Assembly: GCA_045810725.1 (NCBI GenBank)
Contig: JBJMVK010000132.1
Span: forward strand, 522 to 64,521
Direction: 5' to 3'
DNA length: 64,000 nt
From: Sphingomonas sp.
Lineage (GTDB): Bacteria; Pseudomonadota; Alphaproteobacteria; Sphingomonadales; Sphingomonadaceae
How positions within the stretch are numbered: position 1 is the stretch's first letter; every line of letters begins with the position of its first letter. The notes beneath the pieces are model-generated. The model saw only the letters and a list, made by a program, of their open reading frames with translations, searched no databases and was not told the origin of the DNA. Shown one piece after another: positions 20,707 through 30,236 of the stretch. The translations under genes were made by a program, and so were the position numbers.

Positions 20707-20934
20707 ACGAGCGGCGAAACGTCGGCAAGTCGACAGCGCAGGGGGGCTGTTGCCGTTGAGCAACGGCGGCAGCCGAATTCGGTCGCCTTTCATGCGCGGA
20801 TTGACTGGCGTCAAACTTTGCATACGAATGCATGCCGCTCACGAAAGTGGGCAGGGGAGAGATTTGGAAGCAACGGGCCGGATGGCCGCGGAAGCATAAA
20901 AATATGCAGCGCGGCCAACGTTTCGAAGCTTTTC

Positions 20935-20948
20935 TGGTAGCGCTACCA
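20935..20948. promoter_or_regulatory. LacI-family operator, copy 4
   Basis: Perfect palindrome TGGTAGCGCTACCA upstream of the TonB receptor. Confidence 0.85.
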
Positions 20949-20996
20949 TCCCCTGCGACTCGGGAGCCCTGGTGACGGGAACGAGGGGAGAGAAGT

Positions 20997-23900
20997 ATGT
21001 TCGGATGCTCGGCACGGTCTGCGCGTATCTTGCGCTGTGGCGCATCGACGATGGTTTTGGGTGCAGCGCTTCTGCAATCCAACATGGCAATTGCCCAGAC
21101 GCAGACGGCGCAGCAGGACGTTGCGACACCGCTGAGCGGAAGCACTAGCACCGAAAAAACGTCGCCTCCGAGCGCCCCCGAGAAGAACGCCATCATCGTC
21201 ACGGGGCAACGCAGAGCGCTTCGCACTTCGCAGCAGATCAAGAGGAACGCGGACACGGTCGTTGATTCGATCACCGCGACCGACATCGGTGCGTTCCCCG
21301 ACAAATCCGTCGCCGAAGCGCTGCAGCGCGTTCCGGGCATCACCGTCAACCGGTTCGCCGCTACCAGCGACACGGCCCACTTCTCGGCCGAGCCTTCGGG
21401 CGTCATCATTCGCGGCCTTCCCCAGGTCCGCTCCGAATTCAACGGCCGTGACACTTTCAGCGCCAACAGCAGCCGTGGCCTCAGCTGGACCGATATCACT
21501 CCGGAGCTCCTTGCCGGCGTCGACGTCTACAAGAACCAGACTGCGGACATGATCGAGGGTGGCATTGCCGGTTCCGTCGATCTTCGCACGCGCGTCCCGT
21601 TCGACGCCCCGGGCCAGCTGATCCAAGTCGGAGCCCGCGCGAACTACGGCGATCTCGACAAGAAATGGACGCCGGACCTCAACGGTTTCTATTCGAACCG
21701 CTGGCAGACGGGCGCCGGCGAGTTCGGACTGATGGGCGACCTTGCATATTCGCACGTCAAGACGCGCTCACAGGGCATTCAGTACGGGCGCACGGCCATT
21801 ATCGAACATGGCGCGCCGGACTGGCCCGCGGAGGTATTCTGGCCCGCCTCGATCAACTTCCTGAACAACGAATATGATCGTAAGCGGTACGGCATCTCCG
21901 CGGCGGGACAGTGGAAGAGCAACAGCGGCAAGGTGCTCGCGACGGCTCAATATCTTCGCTCGCTTTACAAGAACAATTGGCGCGAGCGCACGCTGGGCAG
22001 TTTCGGCCTCGGGCCTGACCTCTACAGCCAGGACGTGTTCACGCGCGTCAATAGTGGCTCGCTCCCGGGGCAAATTCCGATCGAGGCGCCCGGAACGCCC
22101 GATTTCGTGTTCGATTCGAACGGCAATTTTGAAGCCGGCACGCCGAACAAGCAGGGCCCCATCTGGTGGGGCGCTCCACCGAACTGGGCCGGTTCCGGCA
22201 GTGCGCCCGGCATCAACGTCGGCTACGGCGTCAATGACCAGGGCCAGCCGATGTTCAATTCGTGCAACCCCGGCAACACCCAGGCGATCGGCTGCGTCAT
22301 CGGCCCGAATGGCCAGGCGAACTACGGAACCGACGTAGGTACTGGAAGCCGCATCAACCAGAACCGCAGCATGACGCAGGATGCTGCGCTCAATGTGAAA
22401 TGGGATCCCACGAACGACCTCCATTTCAATTTCGACGGGCAGTATGTGAAGTCGAAGGTCGACAATTACGACTTGTCGATGGAATTCCACTCCTTCGCCA
22501 ATACGACGCTCGACGCGACCGGCGAGCTTCCGCGAATTTCCTTCAGTCCGCCGACGAACATCAATCAATCGGAAGGCGGGCTTTCGAACCCTGACAATTG
22601 GTACGTGCGCTCGATCTCGGATCACCTCGAGGATAGCAAGGGGCACGAGTGGGCGCTTCGCGCCGACGGCCAGTACGATTTCCATACCGATTGGCTGAGT
22701 TCGCTCAAGTTCGGCGGCCGCTTTGCGGACCGCAAACAGCTGGTGCAGTGGAGCACCTACAACTGGCAGAATATTGCCAATACCTGGACCGACTGCGACC
22801 CTGGCGGAACAGGGACGAACCCGCACCCCTATTTCAACCTCGACAGTCAGCCTGGCGGCACCTGCATTTCCACCGGCGAGACGTTCAAGGGATATCCGAG
22901 CGGCTTCTACGAAGTCGACAACTTCGGTACGCCTTTCTTTGGCGGCAGCATGGGTAAATTCCCGTTCGTGCCGTTCAGTTTCCTGGAGCAGCACAAGGCC
23001 GACCTGTTCAGCTTCGATTTGACGGGCGTTGGCCAGTTCGTGCCGATCTGCCAGCGGAACGGGCAAGTCCCCGGAGTGACTCCGGTGGAAATCGACAATA
23101 GCTGCTTCACGCCGAACGAAATCGCCAACGTCGAAGAGAAGACGAAGGCGGGTTACGCCATGCTCAAGTTCGGCGGCCCCGACGCGATGCTCGGAAGCAT
23201 CAAGGTCAGCGGCAACATCGGCTTGAGATACGTCCAGACGGACGACAGCAGTTCAGGGGCGGTGCGTTACCCGACGATCTCTGGAGACAGGACGCTCTGT
23301 CCGCACGTCGCTGCGGTCCCCGGCGGCATCGTGGGCAATGCTCCGCTTCCGGGCGAACCTGGCTTCAACGATCCCAATCATCCGCGGCCGCCCGGAACGG
23401 CTTATTATCCTGCATATTGTTACCTGAATGCGGGCGACGTGGCATTCGCGAGCGGCGGGGGCACTTTAACCTCGGCGAGTAACAGCTTCCACAATTTCCT
23501 GCCGAGCTTCAACATCAGGTTTGACCTCACGCCCAAATGGCTGGTGCGGTTCGCCGCTTCCAAGGCGATTTCGAGGCCTGACATCGGGTTGCTCAAGAAC
23601 TTCGTCGATATAGGGCTCAGCTTGCCTGCTAGTAACCAGCTCTCGGATCCCCGGTGGACAATCGGGCCTGATGGGCAGCCGACCGGCGTCAATCCCACCT
23701 ATACGGCGCAAGCGTTCAATCCGTACCTGAAGCCGACATCAGCCTGGCAGTACGACCTTTCGATCGAGAACTATTTCGCGAATGTCGGGCAGTTCAGCTT
23801 CGCGATTTTCTACAAGAAGTTCAAAGACTACATCCAGTACGGCGTGTTCAACCAGAACATCGCCAATGGCGACACTACGCGAACCGTTCGGGTCACCGGC

Positions 23901-24644
23901 CCGGCGAATGGCAGCGGCGCGACGATCAAGGGCGCCGAGATCGATTATCAGCGATTCTTCGACTTCCTTCCGGGCGTGCTCAGCGGGCTCGGCATTCAGG
24001 CCAATGCGACTTACGTGAAGAACAGCGGTGTTCCGAACTCGGCGTTGACTCCAGTCGGCGCTACTGGCGAGGTGACCAACCCGGGCAATGCGCACACGGC
24101 GCTCAATCCGGGAACCCTCGAGGGCCTCTCGAAGTGGACCTACAACCTCGTCGGAATGTACGAGAAAGGAAGGGTCTCGGCCCGGGTCGCGTATAACTGG
24201 CGCTCGAAATACCTGGTCACAGTGGTCGACTGCTGCGTCTATCTGCCGGTGTGGCAGAAGGCTTCGGGCTTCCTCGATGCCTCGCTCCGCTACCGGCTGA
24301 ACGACGCAATCGAGTTCAGCATCGAAGGCAGCAACCTGCTCAACACCAAGACGAAGTTGCTGCAGCAGGTGACGGATACGACGAGCCCCGAAGGCAAGAT
24401 CATCCTCACTCCGAACGCCTGGTTCCAGAACGACCGCCGCTTCATTCTGGGCGAGCGCTGGAAGATGGCGGATGCTGCGGCGCCACCCCCGCCGCCTCCA
24501 GTGATGCTGCCTCCGCCGCCACCGGCGACGCAGACTTGCCCGGACGGATCGGTGGTTGACGCAGCGGCGGCGTGCCCCATGCCGCCTCCACCTGCGGCGC
24601 CTCCGCCACCTCCACCGGCAACGGTGCCCGAGCGCGGCTACTAA
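20997..24644 (+). CDS. TonB-dependent receptor (carbohydrate type) with Pro-rich C-terminal extension
   Basis: IIVTGQR TonB-box region, DSITATDIGAFPD..AEALQRVPG plug, NPYLKP, ARVAYNWRS, GSNLLN. Confidence 0.95.
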   Translation: MFGCSARSARILRCGASTMVLGAALLQSNMAIAQTQTAQQDVATPLSGSTSTEKTSPPSAPEKNAIIVTGQRRALRTSQQIKRNADTVVDSITATDIGAFPDKSVAEALQRVPGITVNRFAATSDTAHFSAEPSGVIIRGLPQVRSEFNGRDTFSANSSRGLSWTDITPELLAGVDVYKNQTADMIEGGIAGSVDLRTRVPFDAPGQLIQVGARANYGDLDKKWTPDLNGFYSNRWQTGAGEFGLMGDLAYSHVKTRSQGIQYGRTAIIEHGAPDWPAEVFWPASINFLNNEYDRKRYGISAAGQWKSNSGKVLATAQYLRSLYKNNWRERTLGSFGLGPDLYSQDVFTRVNSGSLPGQIPIEAPGTPDFVFDSNGNFEAGTPNKQGPIWWGAPPNWAGSGSAPGINVGYGVNDQGQPMFNSCNPGNTQAIGCVIGPNGQANYGTDVGTGSRINQNRSMTQDAALNVKWDPTNDLHFNFDGQYVKSKVDNYDLSMEFHSFANTTLDATGELPRISFSPPTNINQSEGGLSNPDNWYVRSISDHLEDSKGHEWALRADGQYDFHTDWLSSLKFGGRFADRKQLVQWSTYNWQNIANTWTDCDPGGTGTNPHPYFNLDSQPGGTCISTGETFKGYPSGFYEVDNFGTPFFGGSMGKFPFVPFSFLEQHKADLFSFDLTGVGQFVPICQRNGQVPGVTPVEIDNSCFTPNEIANVEEKTKAGYAMLKFGGPDAMLGSIKVSGNIGLRYVQTDDSSSGAVRYPTISGDRTLCPHVAAVPGGIVGNAPLPGEPGFNDPNHPRPPGTAYYPAYCYLNAGDVAFASGGGTLTSASNSFHNFLPSFNIRFDLTPKWLVRFAASKAISRPDIGLLKNFVDIGLSLPASNQLSDPRWTIGPDGQPTGVNPTYTAQAFNPYLKPTSAWQYDLSIENYFANVGQFSFAIFYKKFKDYIQYGVFNQNIANGDTTRTVRVTGPANGSGATIKGAEIDYQRFFDFLPGVLSGLGIQANATYVKNSGVPNSALTPVGATGEVTNPGNAHTALNPGTLEGLSKWTYNLVGMYEKGRVSARVAYNWRSKYLVTVVDCCVYLPVWQKASGFLDASLRYRLNDAIEFSIEGSNLLNTKTKLLQQVTDTTSPEGKIILTPNAWFQNDRRFILGERWKMADAAAPPPPPPVMLPPPPPATQTCPDGSVVDAAAACPMPPPPAAPPPPPPATVPERGY

Positions 24645-24690
24645 TCGGAGGCTTCACCAAGCTGCAGCCATTTGCCGGCGTGAACATGAG

Positions 24691-24727
24691 AAAAGGGTGC
24701 CGCTTCGAATGAGGCGGCACCCTCTTT
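24691..24727 (+). terminator. Intrinsic terminator after TonB receptor
   Basis: AGGGTGCCGCTTC-GAAT-GAGGCGGCACCCT then CTTT. Confidence 0.8.
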
Positions 24728-24800
24728 GCTGCGGAAAAGCGCGTGACGCGAGGGGGCGGCTAAAGTAGCTCCCGAAGAGGCGACGCGTGAAAGCAGGCTA

Positions 24801-26339
24801 GTGAATCAACCGCTTGAAATCGTGATTCTCGGGGGCGGCACGGCCGGCTGGATGGCGGCGGCCGGCTTGGTTTCGCTGATCGCGCCGAGCCGCTGCCGAA
24901 TCCGGCTGGTCGAATCAGACGAGATCGGCATAGTCGGAGTCGGCGAAGCCACGCTGCCGCATATCAAGAACTTCAACGATTCCATCGGCATCGACGAAGC
25001 CGAGATGATGCGAGCCACCAAGGCGACCTTCAAGCTTGGCATCGACTTTGTCGACTGGGGTTCGAAGGGGTCGCGCTATATTCACCCGTTCGGGGTGCAC
25101 GGTGGAGCAGAGGCGGGCCTCGGCTTTCACCAGCAATGGCTCCGGTCGGTGTCGGCCGGTCGCAAATGGGGCCTCGAGGAGTTTTCCTTCGCGTGCATGC
25201 TCGCGCGTGAAAATCGCTTCGATTTCCCGCCGCGCGGCAAGACGCTCAACTCGACCTTCGCCTACGCCTATCACTTCGACGCGAGCCTTTATTCGCAATT
25301 TCTGCGCCAGTTCTCCGAGCCGCGGGGAGTCACTCGCATCGAAGGCAAGGTGCGCGATGTCGAGCAGGATCCCGAAACCGGCGACGTCCGCGCGCTGCTA
25401 ATGGAATCGGGCGCGCGGATCGAGGGCGACTTCTTCATCGACTGCTCGGGATTCCGTTCGATCCTGCTCGCTGGCAAGTTCGGCGCCGACTGGGAGGACT
25501 GGTCGAAGTGGCTGCCTTGCGACCGCGCGCTGCCCGTTCCGACGGAGCGCTGCGGAGACCTCACGCCTTACACACGCGTGAGCGCGATGGACGCGGGCTG
25601 GCGCTGGCGCATCCCGCTGCAGCACCGCACCGGCAACGGTTATGTCTTCTCGAGCCGTTTCACGGATGAAGACAAGGCGCGCGAGGAGCTGCTCGCGAGC
25701 CTCGACGAGCCCACGCTCGCCGAACCAAGGCTGCTGAAGTTCCAGGCGGGACGGCGCAAGAAGTCGTGGCAGCGCAATTGCGTTGCGCTCGGGCTTTCGA
25801 GCGGCTTTCTCGAACCGCTCGAGTCGACCAGCATCTATCTCGTCCAGATTGCGATCATGCACCTTCTGCAGCTGCTTCCGACGCCGCGCCACGATCAGCG
25901 GCTAGTCAACGAATTCAACCTGCGGATGGACATTGAATATGAGCGCATCCGCGACTTCCTGATCCTCCACTATCACCTCAATAGCCGGGACGACACGGAG
26001 CTTTGGCGCTACTGCCGCTCGATGGAGGTGCCGGACACGCTCCAGCGCAAGATGGAGCTGTTCCGGCACTCGGCGATCGTGGAGCAATATAGGGACGGCC
26101 TGTTCACGCCGCCGAGCTGGCTGGCCGTGTATCTCGGTCAGGGCCTAACGCCTCAACATTATAATCCGATCGCAGACGGCCCGCCGCTCGAGCGGCTGCT
26201 CGGCGAGCTCGATGAGCTTCATTCGGACATCCGCGACCGGGTCGACGAAATGCCGCAGCATGCGACGTTCCTCGCGCGCTACGCCAATTCGGAGCAGGCA
26301 AGCGAGGCCCTGCTGCACGAAGCCGAAGTCCGGCTGTGA
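24801..26339 (+). CDS. Tryptophan halogenase family flavoprotein (Hal1)
   Basis: GGGTAG, VGVGEAT, TFKLGI (catalytic Lys position), WRWRIP, FLEPLESTS. Confidence 0.93.
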   Translation: MNQPLEIVILGGGTAGWMAAAGLVSLIAPSRCRIRLVESDEIGIVGVGEATLPHIKNFNDSIGIDEAEMMRATKATFKLGIDFVDWGSKGSRYIHPFGVHGGAEAGLGFHQQWLRSVSAGRKWGLEEFSFACMLARENRFDFPPRGKTLNSTFAYAYHFDASLYSQFLRQFSEPRGVTRIEGKVRDVEQDPETGDVRALLMESGARIEGDFFIDCSGFRSILLAGKFGADWEDWSKWLPCDRALPVPTERCGDLTPYTRVSAMDAGWRWRIPLQHRTGNGYVFSSRFTDEDKAREELLASLDEPTLAEPRLLKFQAGRRKKSWQRNCVALGLSSGFLEPLESTSIYLVQIAIMHLLQLLPTPRHDQRLVNEFNLRMDIEYERIRDFLILHYHLNSRDDTELWRYCRSMEVPDTLQRKMELFRHSAIVEQYRDGLFTPPSWLAVYLGQGLTPQHYNPIADGPPLERLLGELDELHSDIRDRVDEMPQHATFLARYANSEQASEALLHEAEVRL

Positions 26340-27838
26340 GCAGACGCGTCGAATCCGTTGCCGTTGTCGGAAGAGACGCGCCGGTGTGGCTTGCCGCCGC
26401 CGCTGTCCAGCGCGCGCTCGGCCGCACCGGCGTTCGAGTCCAGGTCGTCGAGCTGGATTCCCAACTTTCGACGGTAGACGTCTATGCAGCCATTCCCTCG
26501 CTCGCCGCGTTGCACCGACTGCTCGGGCTCGACGAACGCCTCGTGCTCAATGTTTGCGACGGCGTCCCGATGGTCGCGCAGCGGTTCTCCAACTGGGCGA
26601 AAGCTGCGCAGCCGTACTTCGTCGCCTATGACGACGAGCCGCTGCCGGGCGGCGATCTGACGTTCACCCATTATTGGTCCAAGGGCGCGCTCGAGGGTTT
26701 GCGCGCCAGCCTTCAGGATTTCTCGCTCGGCACCGCCTGTGCGCGGCTGAACAAGGTCCCAGTTCCAGGAGCCGAGCCTTCGCCGCTGTCGGCGAGCTAC
26801 GGCTACCACCTGGACGCAGCCCGATATTCTGAATTGGCGAAGCAGCTTGCACTCCGCCTCGGGGTGGAGCCCGGAGTGGGACCACGCAACATCCACGTCG
26901 ATGGCGATCGAATCGAGGCAATCGATCTCGCCGACGGCACGCGCGTTGCTGCCGACCTTTACCTCGACGCTTCTGGGAGCGAGGCGCGGCTGATCGGCCG
27001 ACTAGCCGGCGCGCAGCTTGAATCCTGGGCCGAGTGGCTGCCGTGCGACCGCTTGCTTGCTGCAAGCGGTCCGGAGCTTAAGACGCTGCCCGCGTTCAGC
27101 CAGGTTTCGGCTTTCAATCGCGGCTGGGTCGGCCTTTTCCCGCTGCAAACCCGAACCGGCATCGTCGCCGCTTATCGTTCTAGCGCGATCGGCGATCGCG
27201 AAGCCGCCGAGCTGGCGAGCGTCATTTCGCGCATGCCGATCACCGGCGAAGCGGTGGTGAGCGAGCTTAGCCCAGGCATCCAGTGCAGGCCGTGGATCGG
27301 AAATTGCGTCGCCATCGGCCGGTCGGCGATCGCGGCCGACCCTATCGGGGCGCTTGACCTTCACGTGACGCACGGCTGCATTTCGCACCTGATGTCGCTG
27401 TTTCCGGCCACTGCTGGCGATTTCCCGGAGGCGCAGGCCTACAACCGCTCGGTGCGATCATTCGGCTCCGACCTGCGTGATTTCCAGGCCGCGCATTATC
27501 TGCTCAATCGCCGCTTCGATGATCCGTTCTGGGATGCAATCCGTCAGGTCGAGATGCCGGCAAGCCTCAAGCGCAAGGTCGACATGTTCGACGCGCGCGC
27601 AGCGGTTCCGCTGAACGACGACGAATCGTTCTACGAACAAGGGTGGGCCGACCTGCTGGCTGGGTGCGGAGTTCATCCCAAGGGCTATGATCCGCGCGTG
27701 GATTCGCTCAGCGACGAAGCGCACATTCGCAAGGTCCAGCAGCGTTTGCGCGACGTCGCCGAACTGGCGAAGCGAATGCCGGGAGTTGACCAGTTTCTCG
27801 GCCTCGAGCAGCCGGCAAGTGCAGAGGTGAGCGGATGA
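26336..27838 (+). CDS. Tryptophan halogenase family protein with degenerate motifs (Hal2, pseudo-enzyme)
   Basis: Colinear with neighbours (YGYHLDA, DLYLDASG, WLPCDR, WIGNCVAIG) but lacks GxGxxG, the Lys, WxWxIP and FxEPxxS. Confidence 0.85.
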   Translation: MSRRVESVAVVGRDAPVWLAAAAVQRALGRTGVRVQVVELDSQLSTVDVYAAIPSLAALHRLLGLDERLVLNVCDGVPMVAQRFSNWAKAAQPYFVAYDDEPLPGGDLTFTHYWSKGALEGLRASLQDFSLGTACARLNKVPVPGAEPSPLSASYGYHLDAARYSELAKQLALRLGVEPGVGPRNIHVDGDRIEAIDLADGTRVAADLYLDASGSEARLIGRLAGAQLESWAEWLPCDRLLAASGPELKTLPAFSQVSAFNRGWVGLFPLQTRTGIVAAYRSSAIGDREAAELASVISRMPITGEAVVSELSPGIQCRPWIGNCVAIGRSAIAADPIGALDLHVTHGCISHLMSLFPATAGDFPEAQAYNRSVRSFGSDLRDFQAAHYLLNRRFDDPFWDAIRQVEMPASLKRKVDMFDARAAVPLNDDESFYEQGWADLLAGCGVHPKGYDPRVDSLSDEAHIRKVQQRLRDVAELAKRMPGVDQFLGLEQPASAEVSG

Positions 27839-29361
27839 CGTATCGAGCGCTTCGTGACATCGTGATCGTCGGCGGCGGAACCGCCGGGTGGATGGCGGCG
27901 GCCGCGCTCGCGAAATGCGCAGGCACTCAGCAGCACCGCATTATCTTGATCGAGTCCGAGGAGATTGGGACCGTCGGCGTGGGCGAATCGACGATCCCGC
28001 CGATCCAGACGTTCAACCAGCTGCTCGGGATCGACGAGGACGAGTTCGTCCGCGAGACCAGCGCGACCTTCAAGCTCGGGATCGAGTTCGTCGACTGGAA
28101 GCGGCTGGGGCACAGCTATTTCCACAATTTCGGACTGCTCGGCGCGGACCTCAAGACAGGCGTTTCGTTCATCCATTACTGGCTGCGCTGGGCGCAGTCC
28201 GGCGGCGATCCGGACCAGTTGCGGTTCAGTTCCGAGGCGCAGGCGGCCCGCCTCGGCAAGTTCGGAAGGGTTCCGCCGAGCCAGGGCGGCGCGCAGCCGA
28301 ACATCAATTACGCCTTCCAGTTCGACGCCTCGACCTACGCCGCCTACCTGCGCCGCTATTCCGAACGGCGCGGAGTTGTTCGGAAGGAGGGAAAGGTCGT
28401 TAATGTCCGGCAAAACGGGCAGACCGGCTACATCGAGGCCGTCGAGATGCAGGACGGGTCGACGGTCCGCGGCGATTTCTTCATCGACTGTTCGGGTTTC
28501 CGAGGTTTGATCATTGAGCAGGTCTATGAGGCCGGGTTCGAGGACTGGAGCCATTGGCTGCCCAATGATCGCGCGGCGGCGGTCCCGGCGCAGCGGATGG
28601 CGGAGCCGTCCCCCTTCACGCTCGCGCGCGCACGCGAAGCCGGCTGGCAGTGGCGCATTCCGCTTCAGCACCGCACCGGGAACGGCTACGTCTTCTGCAG
28701 CAGCTACATTTCGGACGACGAGGTCGCTTCCACGCTCGTGAAGTCTCTCGAGGGCACCGCATTGGCCGACCCGAAATTCCTTCGCTTCAAGGCCGGCAGG
28801 CGCAAAGCCTCGTGGGTGAAGAACTGCCTCGCGCTGGGACTCTCAAGCGGCTTTCTCGAGCCGCTTGAATCGACCAGCATCCATCTTATCCAGGCGGGGA
28901 TCACGAAGTTCCTGGACTTCTTTCCCGAGCGCGAGCCGGATCCGATCCTGATCGACCGCTACAATGAGGAAATGAGCTTCCAATACGAGACGATCCGCGA
29001 TTTCATCATCGCCCACTACAAGGTGACCGAGCGGGAGGACACCGAGTTCTGGCGCTACTGCAAGCACATGAGCATTCCCGACACGCTTGCCGAAAAGATC
29101 GAGCTGTTCATGTCGCGGGGAGAGGTGAAACCACGCTGGGCGGACATCTTCACGGAAGTGAGCTGGTTTGCGGTCCTCTATGGCCAGGGACTGGTTCCCA
29201 CCGGCCATCATCCGGTCGCGGATGCAATGTCCGAGGACGATCTCGAACTCACGCTTTCGAGGATCCGCAACGTCATCAGGCAGCGCGTTGAGGGACTGCC
29301 CTCGCACGGCGATTACATCCGCAGCTGCTGCACAGCCGAGCAGGCGACGAGTGCGGCTTGA
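27835..29361 (+). CDS. Tryptophan halogenase family flavoprotein (Hal3)
   Basis: GGGTAG, TFKLGIEF, WQWRIP, FLEPLESTS. Confidence 0.93.
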   Translation: MTYRALRDIVIVGGGTAGWMAAAALAKCAGTQQHRIILIESEEIGTVGVGESTIPPIQTFNQLLGIDEDEFVRETSATFKLGIEFVDWKRLGHSYFHNFGLLGADLKTGVSFIHYWLRWAQSGGDPDQLRFSSEAQAARLGKFGRVPPSQGGAQPNINYAFQFDASTYAAYLRRYSERRGVVRKEGKVVNVRQNGQTGYIEAVEMQDGSTVRGDFFIDCSGFRGLIIEQVYEAGFEDWSHWLPNDRAAAVPAQRMAEPSPFTLARAREAGWQWRIPLQHRTGNGYVFCSSYISDDEVASTLVKSLEGTALADPKFLRFKAGRRKASWVKNCLALGLSSGFLEPLESTSIHLIQAGITKFLDFFPEREPDPILIDRYNEEMSFQYETIRDFIIAHYKVTEREDTEFWRYCKHMSIPDTLAEKIELFMSRGEVKPRWADIFTEVSWFAVLYGQGLVPTGHHPVADAMSEDDLELTLSRIRNVIRQRVEGLPSHGDYIRSCCTAEQATSAA

Positions 29362-30236
29362 ACTACGCTGGAATTGAGCTTGGCGGCACCAAGTGCGTCG
29401 CGATCCTGGCGCGCGGACCTGACGACATTATCGCAAGGGAGACCGCGCCGACGACAGCTCCGGAAGCAACACTGGACGCGCTCGAGCGGATTCTTGTGCG
29501 CTGGCGGGAACAGCATGGGATAGATTCGCTGGGAATCGCCAGTTTCGGTCCGGTTGGTCTCCATTCGGACTCGCCGACCTGGGGCCATGTGCTCACGACG
29601 ACCAAACCGGGCTGGAGCGGGACCGACGTTGCGCCGCGGTTCGCCGAGCGCCTTGGCGTTCCCGTCGGTTTCGAAACCGACGTCAACGGCGCCGCTCTCG
29701 CGGAAATGCGGTGGGGCGCCGGCCAGGGCATGCGCGATTTCGCCTACATCACGGTTGGCACCGGCGTTGGCGTCGGTCTCGTCGTCAATGGCCATCCGAC
29801 CCGCGGCTTCCTCCATTCGGAACTCGGCCACGTGCGGGTCGCCGAGCGCGCCGGCGAGGAGTGGGACGGCGTATGTCCATTTCACGGATCATGCGTGGAA
29901 GGACTGGCATCGGGGCCTGCGATCAAGGCGCGGATCGCACCGCGGGACGTGGATCAAATCGGGCCCGACGATCTCGTGTGGGATGCCGTCGCCTGGGCAA
30001 TTGCCCAGCTTTGCCATGTCATTGTCTGCGCTGCGGCGCCCGGAGCCATTGCGATCGGCGGCGGAGTGATGGAACGGCAGCCGCACCTGCTTCGCCGGAT
30101 CGACGCGATGCTGAGGCAATCGCTGGGCGAGTATATGCGGCTGCCGCTTCAAAGCGGCTATGTTCGAGCACCCGCGCTCGGCAGCGACGCCGGGCCGCTC
30201 GGCGCCATCGCCCTCGCGATGACGGCTAGGCGGTAG
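29358..30236 (+). CDS. ROK family sugar kinase (fructokinase/mannokinase-like)
   Basis: GIELGGTK, TDVNGAALAE, VGTGVGVG, ELGH...CPFHGSCVEGLASG. Confidence 0.92.
   Translation: MNYAGIELGGTKCVAILARGPDDIIARETAPTTAPEATLDALERILVRWREQHGIDSLGIASFGPVGLHSDSPTWGHVLTTTKPGWSGTDVAPRFAERLGVPVGFETDVNGAALAEMRWGAGQGMRDFAYITVGTGVGVGLVVNGHPTRGFLHSELGHVRVAERAGEEWDGVCPFHGSCVEGLASGPAIKARIAPRDVDQIGPDDLVWDAVAWAIAQLCHVIVCAAAPGAIAIGGGVMERQPHLLRRIDAMLRQSLGEYMRLPLQSGYVRAPALGSDAGPLGAIALAMTARR

Noticed and set aside
24480-24620. CCG/CCA/CCT repeats as a DNA tandem repeat
   Set aside because: Synonymous variation shows they encode polyproline; treated as a protein feature
26336-27838. Hal2 as a pseudogene
   Set aside because: Full length, no stops or frameshifts, coupled on both sides; losses are concentrated in catalytic motifs
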